DNA of 63,937 nt, the filler included, from Conidiobolus incongruus B7586 (taxonomy: Eukaryota), in NCBI GenBank assembly GCA_000697335.1. It is 18 parts of 18 records of this genome, joined end to end, with 100 filler letters (N's around TTAATTAATTAA, not from the genome) between each part and the next. Parts side by side here need not be neighbours in the genome. Positions count along the whole stretch, not along the records: positions 1 to 7,232 come from JNEM01000316.1; positions 7,333 to 13,514 come from JNEM01000317.1; positions 13,615 to 19,804 come from JNEM01000318.1; 15 more parts are not named here. One strand, 5' to 3'. Positions 1 through 13,782 of this stretch are shown one piece after another (within the stretch, counting starts at the first letter, position 1; the number at the start of each line of letters is the position of its first letter). The notes under the pieces are model-generated. The model was not told the origin of the DNA. It saw only the letters and a list, made by a program, of their open reading frames with translations, and did no database searches. A program made the translations under genes and the position numbers.

Positions 1-1
<1 letters not shown>

Positions 2-39
<38 letters not shown>
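2..39. repeat. (AT)n microsatellite
   Basis: Uninterrupted AT dinucleotide run at the start of the window. Confidence 0.9.
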
Positions 40-43
<4 letters not shown>

Positions 44-3000
44 TTATTTTTTACAATTCAATATCCAGTATAGAATTTAATTCATTATCAAAAATTTAAT
101 AAATAAATGCATAAATATTCAAAAAAAATTTAAAATAATCAGTATTAATAATATCATGTCAAAATCATTTTCAGATTAAGAAAAACTATTTTATATATGA
201 TTAACCATAATTTATTTAAAAAAATTCATTTTTAATATTATCAATTAAATTGTATATGCTTGAATGTTTGAATAGAATGGATAATATAAAAAAATTGTAA
301 ATAAAGAATAATTCGTATTGTGATATTATATTTATTACATATTTAAATTTTTATTTTTTTGGATTCACAAGATATATGCTTTATTATTTTTATTCAAAAT
401 GCAATTAATATTTACTTGAATAGTTTAGATCAAATTAAAATTTTGGTTTGATTATAGAAAATATTTTTGCAAAGAGTTATATACATTGAAAGCATTTCTA
501 AGGAAAATACTTTAAAAATTTAAAAATCTTTATCTAATTATATTGTGAATTTTTGGAATAGTTAAATTGATTAAAATAAAATATAAATTTTTTCAGATTT
601 TGCTTAGAAAAATTCCAATTATAGATTATCAATTATAAATAAATTAATATTATCGAATGCTAATGAAAATTAACAAATTTGTGCTAATATTAATCAATTT
701 TTATTCTTAATTGTTTAATGAAAATTTCTAATTCTATTATAATTTTTGTTAATATTTTTACCACAATGTTAATAGGAAAACAAGTGTAATTAATTTTGAT
801 CGGATCTGGTATATTTATTTCAATACCATTCCAGTTCAACATTACTTTGTATAACAATTTAAAATAATTTTATTCCGATAAATTTATTATTTACTATTAA
901 ATTTCCGCAAAAGTTGGATTTGCCTAGATTTGGTGTTATTTTTTAAATTTTTGATCACAAAATATTAGTTAATCATGCTGTTAGTAGAATATGCTTTATA
1001 ATTCAGAAAATAATTAAATTATGAAATCTTAATTTTTTAAATGCCAGCTTATATTAATATATAGCTTATGTTTTATAATTTAATTGATATATGAGTACGT
1101 AAATAAGAAAACAAAAATTAGGTAAGAAAATATTAAATTGAAACATCCAAAAAATGAAATATTTAATAAATTATTAGATAATTACCTAAATATTACACTA
1201 CATATTTCATTTATTTATTTACCAAACTGATATATTATTAATTGATATAATATGAAAATAATAACTTTATTCAATTATTTAATAAATATATCAAATACAT
1301 AATATTAAATAAAATATATAGTTTAAAAAAAGATAAATTTGTAATAAAATTCTGTTATATTAATAAATATATTTGGCAATTAACAAGTTATTCTTATTAC
1401 AAATATATTAGATATCTAGATCAATAGATATATATAAATTATATTAGTATTTTAGTATTTATATTAAAGAATAGCAGATCAGAAATCATAATTTCCTGTA
1501 AATTTGATCTTGAATAAACAACAATATTAAATTGCATTGGCAATTTGATATTACATTAAAATTGTATTTAATTTAAAAATTTAGCTAAATTTATATGATA
1601 TTTAACAACTTTCTTTTAAGTTAATAAATCATTATTTCAATGATTAAATTTTAATCTTCCTATTATAATTCCGTAATTTTATTAATTTTTTTAACTCCTA
1701 TGTTGTAATATTAAAATTAATATATTATCTTTGCTTATTATTGTAACAAATAAAATGTATTTTATATTTATTTGCCACTTCAAATATTTAATCAGATATA
1801 TTTATTGAATAAATGAAATAAATTAATTAATCATATGGTAAGAGATATACCGTATTATTACAAAAATTATAAGTGGTGAATAAATATTTAATAAAAATTA
1901 TTTTACATTTTCATTATATTGAGAAACCTATACACATCCAATATCGATGGCGTTGTTATCCGGAGCTTTTCCCTTATTATACAAGAGTTGTAATGATGAA
2001 GTTTCAAAGCTTGAATTCATTTTAAATAATTAAGTAATAACCTCAGAAATTCAGAAATCTTGATATAATCACGTTATTATCATAGTTTTCAGTTATGGTT
2101 TGTTACTTGTTCAATCTTTTGGTGATACCTTAACAATTAATTTTTCGAAAAAATTGCGATTTTGTCAAATCTGGGCAAGGTAGATATGCAAAAATTTGAT
2201 AGTTAGACGGCTTAAATAGTTAATAAAATTATAACTTAGAGCCCTTGAGCATAAGGCGAATATCATAATGGTTGTTTGATTATATTGCATTAATTTATTA
2301 GTCTACTTTATTATCGATACATAACAATAGATATTGAATTTTTATTGATTAATAATTTTGTATTCAGTTTATTATATTGTTAAAGGCTTTTAAATTAATT
2401 AATAATTGTATTTCAAATAATTAATACATTAGATAACAATATCAAAACTATTGATTGAATTATAGCTTTGGATGAAATGAGCGACAAAGTCAAAATATTA
2501 AAAACATTTGAGGATAGACATTATATAACCAATATAGCATATAACATAGTTTACAAAGCTGCAAAATGCTGAGAAAATCAAAAGCATATTCTCACCTTGA
2601 GCCATATTAGTAATTAAGAATCAATTGAATCAGATGATTAAAATGGGACAAAAACTATTGATTTCACTAATATACGACCAGTGAAAAACACAAAAACCCT
2701 CGTTTCAATATTAACATACCAAATGTCTCTTTGTTTAACTACAAAAAATTGGTTAGTATTGATTTATAATCACTACAAAAAACATTATTTTCGCAATTGT
2801 TGAGCGTTATGCCGTTGCAATAAAGATCAACCAATTTTAACGCAGTATTATATTTGTGTAACTTAGGTTAACTCTGTCTGGAATTTGGCAGTTACCTTGA
2901 AATCCACACTATCAAATTTCAAGTGGTTTGGTTTCATTGGTCAATGATCAAATTATAGTTTAGATATTTATTCAAACTACAAAAAATTAACAAAGTTAAT

Positions 3001-3315
3001 TTTTATTTGAATTTATTTGGATAAAAGTAATATTTAAATAATTCTAAAATATAATATTAAAGAGAAAAATCCAAAGATTTGATATTCGAATCAAATATTT
3101 AATTAATAAAATAAATTTTAAAATAATTACCCAAATATACCTTATATTTTATAAGTATTTTGAAATAATCCAGTTTAATTAATCAATCAAATTCGAATCA
3201 CAAACCATCCAAAAATAGTATTCAATTTAAACAGGTTAAACGCCATTGAGTATAGTATATAAATTGTAAATTTTCATCAGAACTCCAAAATATTAACTTG
3301 TATGTATTTATCATT

Positions 3316-4308
3316 ATGGCAGTAGACGATGTCATGCCCCTATTCAGGGCCTTTGAAAAGGTCAATCTGGTATCCGTTGTATTATCTTGCATGCTGGCTG
3401 TGTTCATCGGAGTAACTAGATTGATGAAATTCAAGGCTACCAAGCGTTTATCTTATAAACTTTACTTTTGGATTGCAATCTCAGATATATTGGCTCATTT
3501 ACCTTTGCTATTCGATTATAACAATAATATGACCATGTGTCGTATTATATATATTGAAAGTATTTGGACGAATGTTTTATCGACTTCTCTAACATCTATT
3601 TTAGCTTTCAATATTCATATGGTTTTTATTTTGGGAAGGCCTGATTTAGTAAAATCAGAATTATTTTATGTAATCTCAGCAGTAGTTTTTTCAACAGCGT
3701 TAATGATTCCTACCATTGTCCTTGGGCAATTTCATACGAATGTTTGTATTCCATATACCGCATTCGATATTCCAATTCAAATCCCTGTTATGTGGGCATG
3801 CTTTGGATTTTGGATCTTTATTATGACATTATACTGCTTTGTAATCTTCTTTAAAATCGTATTCAAATTGAGATCTCACTACAGTGTTGACCGCTCGGAC
3901 GGCGGGTTGACCGAAAAGCGTCTTAGTCGTCTCGTAGCTAGATTGAGTCTTTATCCTCTGGTCCCTGTTATTACTATATTCCCCTACCTTGCAACCTATT
4001 CATTAGAAGCAAACTATTATGCAATGGCAATTCAGCTATTTTGTGCTTCTGTTCAAGGAACCATCAATTTTACCTTCTTTTTGATTGATCCAGCATTGCC
4101 AGATATCGTTCGTGAAATTCGAGGAACTGTTCAAGTATACACATTTGGGAGTAGCGACGAACGTGTAACCAATGCATCTATAAAACTAGAGGACACTCCT
4201 TCAACTGTTGAACTTCCAGCATTTGCCGGCACTATGCCTTACCATCATACTGCTCCATTATATCAAGGTCCTAAATTTGGCTTCAAAAATACTGCTATGT
4301 TAGTATAA
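3316..4308 (+). CDS. 7TM G-protein-coupled receptor, cAMP-receptor-like/Git3-type
   Basis: Intronless ORF. The ORF track starts at TTG 3298; the first ATG is at 3316 (MAVDDVMP...), giving 330 aa. Seven hydrophobic segments, with motifs RLSYKLYFWIAISD (TM2), MCR (Cys before TM3), RLSLYPLVPVIT (TM6) and QGTINFTFFLIDPA (TM7), typical of fungal CAR/Git3-like GPCRs. GC content is higher than the flanks. Confidence 0.8.
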   Translation: MAVDDVMPLFRAFEKVNLVSVVLSCMLAVFIGVTRLMKFKATKRLSYKLYFWIAISDILAHLPLLFDYNNNMTMCRIIYIESIWTNVLSTSLTSILAFNIHMVFILGRPDLVKSELFYVISAVVFSTALMIPTIVLGQFHTNVCIPYTAFDIPIQIPVMWACFGFWIFIMTLYCFVIFFKIVFKLRSHYSVDRSDGGLTEKRLSRLVARLSLYPLVPVITIFPYLATYSLEANYYAMAIQLFCASVQGTINFTFFLIDPALPDIVREIRGTVQVYTFGSSDERVTNASIKLEDTPSTVELPAFAGTMPYHHTAPLYQGPKFGFKNTAMLV

Positions 4309-7232
4309 ATAAATTTAATTAATCAATAAGAATCCATTATTTTTCTTAATACCTAATAAAAATTAAAAAATCTGATTAAATAAACACATGCTATGCTATT
4401 AGTCTATATTTTTTACCTTATTATTCACTTCAAGCTAATATTTTACATTAAAACGGATAATTTAATGATTACATAACTGATAAATTGATGGATTTAAAAG
4501 TGTAAGAATTTCGGATGGATAAAATTAGATCAACTTTTGAATATAGTTTATTTTTAAATTTAATCAATAGCCGATTGTTTGTCATTATAATTTATAATGT
4601 ATTAATATTTGAAAGCATCTTCTTTAGTTTTAAGTTATTCCAGAATATGTCTTGTAACAAAAAAGAACTCGATCACTAAAGATTTTAATGTTAAAACCCT
4701 TGGTTAATTAGGTCATTTGATCAAAACACAGTTTACTAAGTGATTATCAAATATTCAGTGGATATACAATCTGGCTTATATTATTGGATTAAGGATACTA
4801 TTTGGGAAAAATTTAATCTAGTTTTGTTATCCTCATAATGGATTTTGAATTGAGGATCGAAAAAATTCAAGTGGATATTTAGCACATTTAATATTATATA
4901 ACCTTTTCTAATTTATATTCAAAATCATTTTTGAATATAATATGAATTTTATTCAAGTCTGATTGTTTTTAGTTAAAAATTTAAAAGTTATAATAAGTGA
5001 TATTATTTATATATCTATTGAATAAAAATTTAATCGGCACAATAACTTGATCAAATATTTCCACAAATTTTAAAATATAAAGCCTCAAATATATTAGAAA
5101 TTGATGATAAAGTAATGAAAAAATATCACAGTTAAAAATTTAATTTCTTAATTTAACATAATTTGGGATTGTTGAATTGGTTTCGGCAATTAAATTCAAT
5201 TTAATGATGTAATATAATACAATCTACTATATAAAATATTTTTGCAATATATATTAGAATTTATTCAATAATTGATAAAATCGAGATATTCCATTTTTAA
5301 ATATTAATATTGCCGATTCTTTCAATTTCTCTTTATTTAATTTTTTTATATTTTAATTCAAACACGAAGTTTGTTATAGTTAATCAAATATATGATTAAT
5401 AGGAACCATGGACAAGAATTATTGATCTGCAACAATCTAGATTATAAGTATTTAAATTGATTTATATTAAAAATATAATTTTTCAATAAAAATTGCATAA
5501 TAAAAGTAAAATTCAATTTAATATAAAGTTTATTATATTAAATATAATTATCATACAAAATCTCTTTGAAGTTAATATTAGAAATTTTTCGCAAATTTAG
5601 CGGTTTTAATAAAATCCAAAATATGGATATGTCAAAATTGTGATCACTTAATCATTTTGTTAGAAAAAATATTATTAATTTTTTTATATTCCATATAATA
5701 TTATCTGATAATTTTATTTGTTTATCCAGTAATAATTATGTTTTGTCGATGTTGCAAAATTTTCACTTTTAGTGCTTAATATAAAAATTATTTTTGAAAT
5801 AACCTAATATCCGAAAATTTACGAATATGCACAATTTAATGGATAATATTGAAAACATTGCCTTTTTAATGTATATCTATTATAATATATAAATATGAAT
5901 ATTAACATATTCCTCATTTATTGGAGTTATCATTAAAATTTTAAAGTGATAAAATAATAATATATGTCAAAATATTCTATATTATTAAATGGTTATCATA
6001 AGATTAAAACTATTTTAAATTACTATCAATTTTTTAAAATATGTCAACATAGAATATTGAAAGTTTATTTATAAGCATAACGGAATATGTATCTCAACAT
6101 TTGGTATCCAAGATGAATGATTAAATCATTTAATAACAATAACAAGTTAAATAACTGGATGAAAAATTTTAAATCTGGTATACGTATTACAAACGATATC
6201 GTCCTCAAATTGATTTTACAACATTCAAAAATTTTAGTATTTTCAGATTTATTTCTATGAAAGTATTAAATTATTAATTTTAGCCTCAACATTATATTAC
6301 AATATTATTAGAAATTTTTTCTATCTGTATAATGAATCACTCAATTAATGTTATTATAATGTGATAATTTCAATTTTTGATTAATCAACGAAAATATTTT
6401 TATATAATAATTATATATTTTTATATTTTATCCCGAATTATTTAATATATTGCGATTACTATTTATAAAAGGTTTAATACTTAATTTGTAATGGTAATTA
6501 ATATTAAACTCAATAGTGTATAAAGGAATATTTAAATTTTTAGTGAAATAATCAAATTAATTTGATAGTGAGTTTATTTAAGCTTTGAATATATTAGCTA
6601 ATATAAATATATTATGCGATATATATTAGCTGGACTAGTGTAATTAAAATAAAAATAATAGTAATTCTAATTTTTTGAAAAAAATGATTTAAATTATTAG
6701 AAGATAAATAACAAAATAAAAATAATAAAAATAAATAAACAATATATATTAATTTAATTGATATTTTCTGTATATTTATATTTATTCAAATAGTACAAGA
6801 TTTAACTATTTGAACATTATTATATATACAAAGATATATATAAAATTTCAAGAATAGTTAACTGATCAGTTTTTAATCAAAATTATTATTTAATATATAT
6901 AATATTATTGTAAGGAAATGATTTGATAATTTGATTTAAAAATCAACCTGAATATATTAATTATTATATTAAAATTTAATTACAAATTAATTTTGGTTTT
7001 ACAATGTCTTATATCTACAATACATGGGAATTTATTATATATACGCCATATATTACTCTGAATAACAAGGGAGTCAAAATACAAAATCAAAGAATAAACC
7101 AAGTTATTTGTCCTTGAAATTATTTATTTACATAGTATATTCATTTGAATATATATTATAATTATATTAATATTTATATTAATATTTTGATTTTAATTAA
7201 CTTATACTTTGAAGTTAATTAATATATCTATA

Positions 7233-7332
7233 NNNNNNNNNNNNNNNNNNNNNNNNNNNNNNNNNNNNNNNNNNNNTTAATTAATTAANNNNNNNNNNNN
7301 NNNNNNNNNNNNNNNNNNNNNNNNNNNNNNNN
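7233..7332. other. Artificial contig-joining spacer
   Basis: N44-TTAATTAATTAA-N44; the core carries stop codons in all six frames. Confidence 0.98.
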
Positions 7333-10148
7333 AATAATTATATAATATAATATTATAAATATATATAAGTAATTTTTTGATATTAATTTAATAAAATTTG
7401 AAAAAAATATAATATATTTAAAATAATTAAAAAATTAATATTTGAAATTAAAATATTATAATATGGTAATTATTTAATTAATAAAATATTAACTTGACCT
7501 TATATTATTATTGGTTAATTTATTAGGTTATGGTCTTATAGATGATAAGCCATTTGAGTATTTTTATTTGGTAAATTATTTCCTTATAAAGATATTACCT
7601 TTGAAAGGCATATCACTTTATTTTAAAAGTCTTATTCTTTAAATAACTTGTCTTATCCTTAAATATCGTCTTTAGATGACCATTATACTATAAATGAACT
7701 GAAGTCATAAATATAACCATGGGAGGTTAGTTGACCTCTCATAAGGTAATAACATCCTTTCAACCTTAATAAAGACTTTGATCTAGTATTGTCACTTACT
7801 AAAAATTGCTAGTTTGCTTTAACTACTTATTTTATGCATTGCTAATAACCAGCATCACTGCAATTGTATTTGATTTGAATATAAGATTATACATGTAAAA
7901 GCATTATCTTTAATTATAAATTATATCAGAATATATTTTGGTGATGTAAAGTTTATTTGTCATATTCAAATAATTGATTTGATAGCTTAATATTAACACT
8001 TTATAAATAATCGCTAGATCTTGCTAAGTAAATCATCAATCAAATTGAATATAATTGTATAATTCTCTTTTAGTATTCTAATATACCTCATTAGCATATT
8101 CATTCTACTATAGTTAATGACTTTTATCATATTATTTTGTTTCAAAAAAGATATATATTATAAAATCAACAATAAATGAAATGTTTATTTATTCAATTAT
8201 ATTTTACTTATTTTTTATCTAGTTTTATTTCCTTAAAAATTAGAAAAAAATTAATTAAAGTTTGCTTTATCAATTTATTTATCAGTGACATTCATTGAAT
8301 TTCTGTATAGGACTTTTAAATTTATTTTTCATTTAATTAGGTTCAAAAAATGGCTATAGTAATCAATTTAGCTAATATTGGGTTTTAATCACTTGATCCA
8401 TTATTTATAATTATCAGCTATATTTTCCCCTACATAAGTAAAGATTCATATTATTTGTATTTGGAGTTAAATCAAAGCAATATAAAATATAATATTATCA
8501 GAGTTAATAATGTTATTAAATAGTATTTCATAATTTCATAAGGTTTGATGATAATTATCTAGCCAAATATATTATATGTTTTTCAGATTTTTAATAAAAT
8601 TATAATATTTTAATATGTAATCATTTTATAACGGAATATTTATTTTTTGCAAATTAAAATTTTGAGAATTATGATTTGAAAATTGTTAAGAATAATTTTC
8701 CTTTTTTGAAATATTATTTTGTTTGATGTACATATTTTATATAATTTAGGTTTTTCTCATTTATTTTAACGATTTTAAAACGGTCATATGTATTGTGCAT
8801 TGTGCTAAGAAATATATTACAGTAAGATTTAAAGAATGTTGTAAAGCTAGATGCTCACTAATTATTGGTTGTATCCACTTTGAATGCATATTGTTCATGA
8901 TCATCATCTCTTAAGAATGCCAATTGATATTATTAGTTTATTTTATTTAAAATTTTGAAGATTATCATATAATTATGGCTGAATTAAATACCAAAATCTG
9001 CAATATAATATAAAATTATATTAAAATTTAATCAAAATTTAGAAATAATGCTTAAATTTGAATTATGCTAATAACATGGAATTCGATTCATTGGTTAAAA
9101 TAGATTTTCACAGTTATTAATAGACCAATATATGCTAATAATAATTTAATTGGCAACTTTTATCAAAAGCAGTGATTTTCAATTATACTCTACTCATATT
9201 TGAATAACCAATTTGTTTCAATTATATATAGAATGATTTTTTGTACTTTATTTCAATGCATGAGTTCTTAAATTGATTATGCAATCATAGTCACAAAGTA
9301 GGTTATAGAAAAGATAACATGATATTCTCTAATACAATTAAAAAAAGTTGTTTTATTGATTTATCAAGATATGTTAGATGGTTATCATTAACATCAATTA
9401 TGAATAATTTCTACGATAATTTTGATTTGTTAATTAAAAAATAATATCAATACAATACTATCTCCACAATTTCAAACAAAATAAAAATTTTGTTCAATAA
9501 TGAAAATATATTAATATCCTAAATTAACTCTGGTTAAAAAAATTAAATTAATATAAGATTTTATACAAGTTTCAAATTATTAAATCCAGTAAGAAAAAAA
9601 ATCCTAAATAATATAGAATAAAAAAGTATTATTAAATTAGTTATCCATTAATAGAACTACATAGGAAAATAAACAAATTATCGTGAAAATTAAAAATATT
9701 TATCAGAGTTAATCAACTATTAAAAATTATATTAATTTCCACTAAAAATTCAATTTTTTTTTTGAAACAAAAAATATTAATTTTAACCTATTGGAGAATT
9801 AATAACAAAAAATATAATAAATTAATTAGATCATAATTTATACTAAATAAGATATATTATTTTCTTTTATAAAAATTATTTCAAATTAAATATTTTAAAT
9901 AAAATATATATATATATATATATATATATAACAAATTAACTTAATAACTATAATAATAATTTTTATCAATTAATTTTTGCTAGTAAAATTGTCCAAAGTA
10001 TGTCAAGTTTTTAGGATAATTAAATCAGTTTGAAGTTATTGGTATCACTGTGACAAGCAAATAATTTTTTCATAATAAATTGAATTTGAAAGTCATTAAA
10101 AATAAGCTTTATTAGATTATTATTGTTATTAATAATTAAAACTTGCAT

Positions 10149-11189
10149 CTAGACGGAAGAGTTGGATTCGCCAAAATCGTATTGGTTGATTGGATGGTCC
10201 ATATTAGATCCCATTGAGTTGCTATTGAACAATTGATTTCTGATCTTGGTGAACCGTAATTTGGCAATAACATTGATCAATAAATTAATCATAATACCAA
10301 GTAGTGTGATTGCGAGTCCAAGGCGGAAATAGGTTACGAATACAATGTTTACAGCTTGATTCCATTCCGGTAATTGGATATAGATGATCACGAGTAGTGT
10401 CCATCCGATGGAGGAGAATAATGCAAAATTAACAAAGAACAAAAATGTGTTTCTTAGTCTATAAAATGCTTTCCTGATTTGTGCTGAATTTTCCACTTCG
10501 GGATTTGAGTAATATTTGACCAGTTTATGTAATTTAAATCCGTAGTAGCAAGAGAGAACCCATGTTAGGAATTGCATCGAACTGCCTCCAAGGTGGTCAA
10601 TAAGCATAAATGCCCATGCTCTATTCCAATTATTTTTATCCAGGTAGTAACCTGATAAAATACTGCATGGAAGACTGATGAGAAGCATAGTGAAAAAAGA
10701 GACTGTAATTAATATTTTAGAGAGTACAGGGGATGGTAACCACATCAAAATTGGAGGAGTTTTATGTCTGGGATTGATTTTGTAATAACGATATGTAAAA
10801 GTGATAGGTATATTGAATATCACCCCAAATAAATACCATGTAGCACCAACAGATAACATCCACCACATAATCCCCTCTATTGTCTTTCTAATAATATATT
10901 TATTAGCTATATCATAAATCATAAAGTATTCATGTAAAGCAATTAAAATAAATGAAGGAGTCCAAAACACTAAAATACTCTCTATAGGGTTAGGATGAAT
11001 TCCCCGAACTGTTAAGTTTAAAATTGATTTACGTGAAGTATAAAAATTTAATACGAGTGTAATAACACTAAGAATAGCTGAAATTGTACAAATAATGAAT
11101 TGAATAGTAACAACGATTGAAAGTGATTTAGATTCTTTACAATCCTGAATATTGGTCAGCCACAAGCAGTGACCTTGTGGTGAAAGCAT
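10149..11189 (-). CDS. Seven-transmembrane protein, possibly GPCR-like, 346 aa
   Basis: Intronless ATG-TAG ORF with seven hydrophobic helices, a short N-terminus containing C-LW-x5-DC, a basic loop between TM5 and TM6 (KLHKLVK...IRKAFYRLR) and a polar C-terminal tail. Confidence 0.75.
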   Translation of the reverse strand: MLSPQGHCLWLTNIQDCKESKSLSIVVTIQFIICTISAILSVITLVLNFYTSRKSILNLTVRGIHPNPIESILVFWTPSFILIALHEYFMIYDIANKYIIRKTIEGIMWWMLSVGATWYLFGVIFNIPITFTYRYYKINPRHKTPPILMWLPSPVLSKILITVSFFTMLLISLPCSILSGYYLDKNNWNRAWAFMLIDHLGGSSMQFLTWVLSCYYGFKLHKLVKYYSNPEVENSAQIRKAFYRLRNTFLFFVNFALFSSIGWTLLVIIYIQLPEWNQAVNIVFVTYFRLGLAITLLGIMINLLINVIAKLRFTKIRNQLFNSNSMGSNMDHPINQYDFGESNSSV

Positions 11190-13514
11190 TACTATTAAAA
11201 ATTCAATAAAAATAAATTGAATATAATAATTATATTATAATTGAATTTTTAAATAAAAAAATTATGTCATTTTAGTTCTATTAAACTCTTTTTATACTAT
11301 AGCCCCGTTCACAATCTTTTAATTCGTTTTATTTTTCCCAATGCCATATTCGTATTAAATTGAAAATAATCTGATTGTAAATTTTATTAGTTGATTTTAG
11401 TTTAAATTTGATTATTAGATTGAGTGATGCACTGATATGATAGTTAATTATGCATCTTTGTTTTTATTTTTACGTAATAAGCTATAACAATATTTCTTTG
11501 ATATTAAGGTACTCTCCCTCTTTCAATATTGTGGATATTATAAGATTATAGGAGTTTGAATGATTATTAATTAAGTATCATAGTTGATCATCTTTTATAT
11601 TTTTAAAAAAACAATTTAAATTTTTTATGATTAAAGAGTGACTATATAATGGTTACAAATAGAATTAAATATTTATTACTAAATAGGTATGTTGCTCTAC
11701 TAATTACAATATCTTGAAAAGAACATAATTAATATTAGTACTTTAAACGAATGAATGTTTAAGATTGGTAGTATAAAATACTTAAAATGAATAAAACAAT
11801 TAAGTACAAAAGCCAAAAAAAACAATTATAATTATTTACAAAAATCTTTTAAGCTGATGATAACTCATATAAAATGAATGGATTCAATAAATTAAATATA
11901 ACAATAGCATTTGATACTCCCATTATATTGTTACATTATTCAGTTGATCAATTTTTAACAAAGACTAATATCGTAACAAATAATATATCTCTATTATAAA
12001 TTAAAAATATATATGAGTAAATTTTTCATATTTTATTTATTATAATTATTACAATATTTAAATTATATTAATTCAAACTTGATTTTAATTAAAATAATTA
12101 ATTTATCAATAGTTAAATCAAATTCATCTATCTTTTTTAATTGTTTTAAGTTTAACTATAGGAAACTCCTTTCAAATATCTTTATAATTATTATTAGATA
12201 CTAAGGAGTGTATTCAATAGTAAACTTATAAACTTTTTGTTTTAAATTATGAGAATTAATTAGATTTTATTTAACTTAAATTGGTTAATTCCAGCAGACT
12301 GGGTAAATTAATACCTATATTTTAATTATTGAAATTAATATTATTAAAATAATAGTTTCAAATTATTAATATGAGAAATAAAAATTATTATTATTATTAC
12401 TTTCAAATCTTTTTAATACTTATTTGTTTAACTTCGTTTACTTAAAATATTATATATGAGAACTCTTTCATGATCCAGTAATTACCATCAAGCACTTACA
12501 ATTGGTAAATTATACTTCTCTTTTCATTTATACATGATATTTTTTGTGATATCTCAATTTTCATTGTTTTTAAATTCTTCTTAAAATTTGATAATAACTA
12601 TATGTATGATTCTCATTTGACTGTATATAATATTGAAAACTGTAAAAATATCATTAAAAAGATATATAAAGATATGATTGTGAAATAAACTGAAGAATTT
12701 AGAAGGCAAGTGGTTGAATAAAATTTAAGCTTCAATGAACAGTTGAAGTCATGAGTAATGATTGGATGTTAATTTGCAATAAATGTTTCACCTCTAATAT
12801 TATTGAATAGACTTACATTTTTATTTAAATAATAATTATTTTCATAACGTACAATTCTCTGTAGTTTTGTATTAAACTAATGAATAATTAGACCTATTAT
12901 TATCTATACCAATTATATTCTAAAACAATAGCAAATAATTTTCTAAATAACTTTTAAGTAAATTGGCTGAGACCATCCAAATTAAATCAATTTTTTAAAT
13001 CTCTAAAATAAGAAAAATTTTAACTTTTAAATAGCCGAAATGTTCCTAATTAACAATTTTGTGATACATTAAAATAATTTAACTATTTACATTATATAAA
13101 AATTTAATTTTACAAAATTTTCAAATTATTAGAGTATTAAGTAAAAATATTAGATTTAAGATTTTTTTTCTTAAAGTATAGCTCATAGCTTATATGTAAT
13201 ACTATGTAAATAAAATTGTATTTAATATGAAATACTTTGAATTTTGATACTTAGAATAATTTTATTTTTTACGATTATACTTGATATTTTATTTGTCATT
13301 AATCAATCAAGTTTTTTAATAATTAAAAGTGAAAATTAAATATCTAAGGATGAAATTTTTCAACTGATTATTAATCTCAACTTTATTATAATAACTAGAA
13401 TCTTATTTATTACATATTTCTAATATCATAAAATATTCATAATTTTTGTATATATAATTTTATATTGACTATTTTATATATTAAATTTTATGATATTCAT
13501 TAATATCATTAAAT

Positions 13515-13614
13515 NNNNNNNNNNNNNNNNNNNNNNNNNNNNNNNNNNNNNNNNNNNNTTAATTAATTAANNNNNNNNNNNNNNNNNNNNNNNNNNNNNN
13601 NNNNNNNNNNNNNN
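13515..13614. other. Artificial contig-joining spacer
   Basis: N44-TTAATTAATTAA-N44. Confidence 0.98.
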
Positions 13615-13710
13615 TAAATTCAAATTTAAAATATTTAAATAAAAATATAATTCTAGATAAATATATATAATTTGAAAATATTAAATCTTGTATATTTTTT
13701 GTATAAAATT

Positions 13711-13782
13711 TACTTTTCAAAACTAACAATATGTTTAAAAAATCAGAAATTAAAAAAATTGCTATTTTTTCTTAACTAATAT
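13711..13782. repeat. Short dispersed repeat, probably a transposon/MITE terminus
   Basis: ttcaaaactaacaat..tttaaaaaatcagaaattaaaaaaattgctatttttt resembles 61561-61635 directly and 29631-29705 in reverse complement. Confidence 0.5.

Noticed and set aside
3222..3443. 73-aa minus-strand ORF
   Set aside because: Antisense overlap with the 5' end of the GPCR gene; no recognisable features.
7454..7754. Second possible solo LTR ending GGTAATAACA with a small GAGGT/ACCTC hairpin
   Set aside because: The 5' TG is not present, and there is no target-site duplication or second copy in the window; too weak to call.
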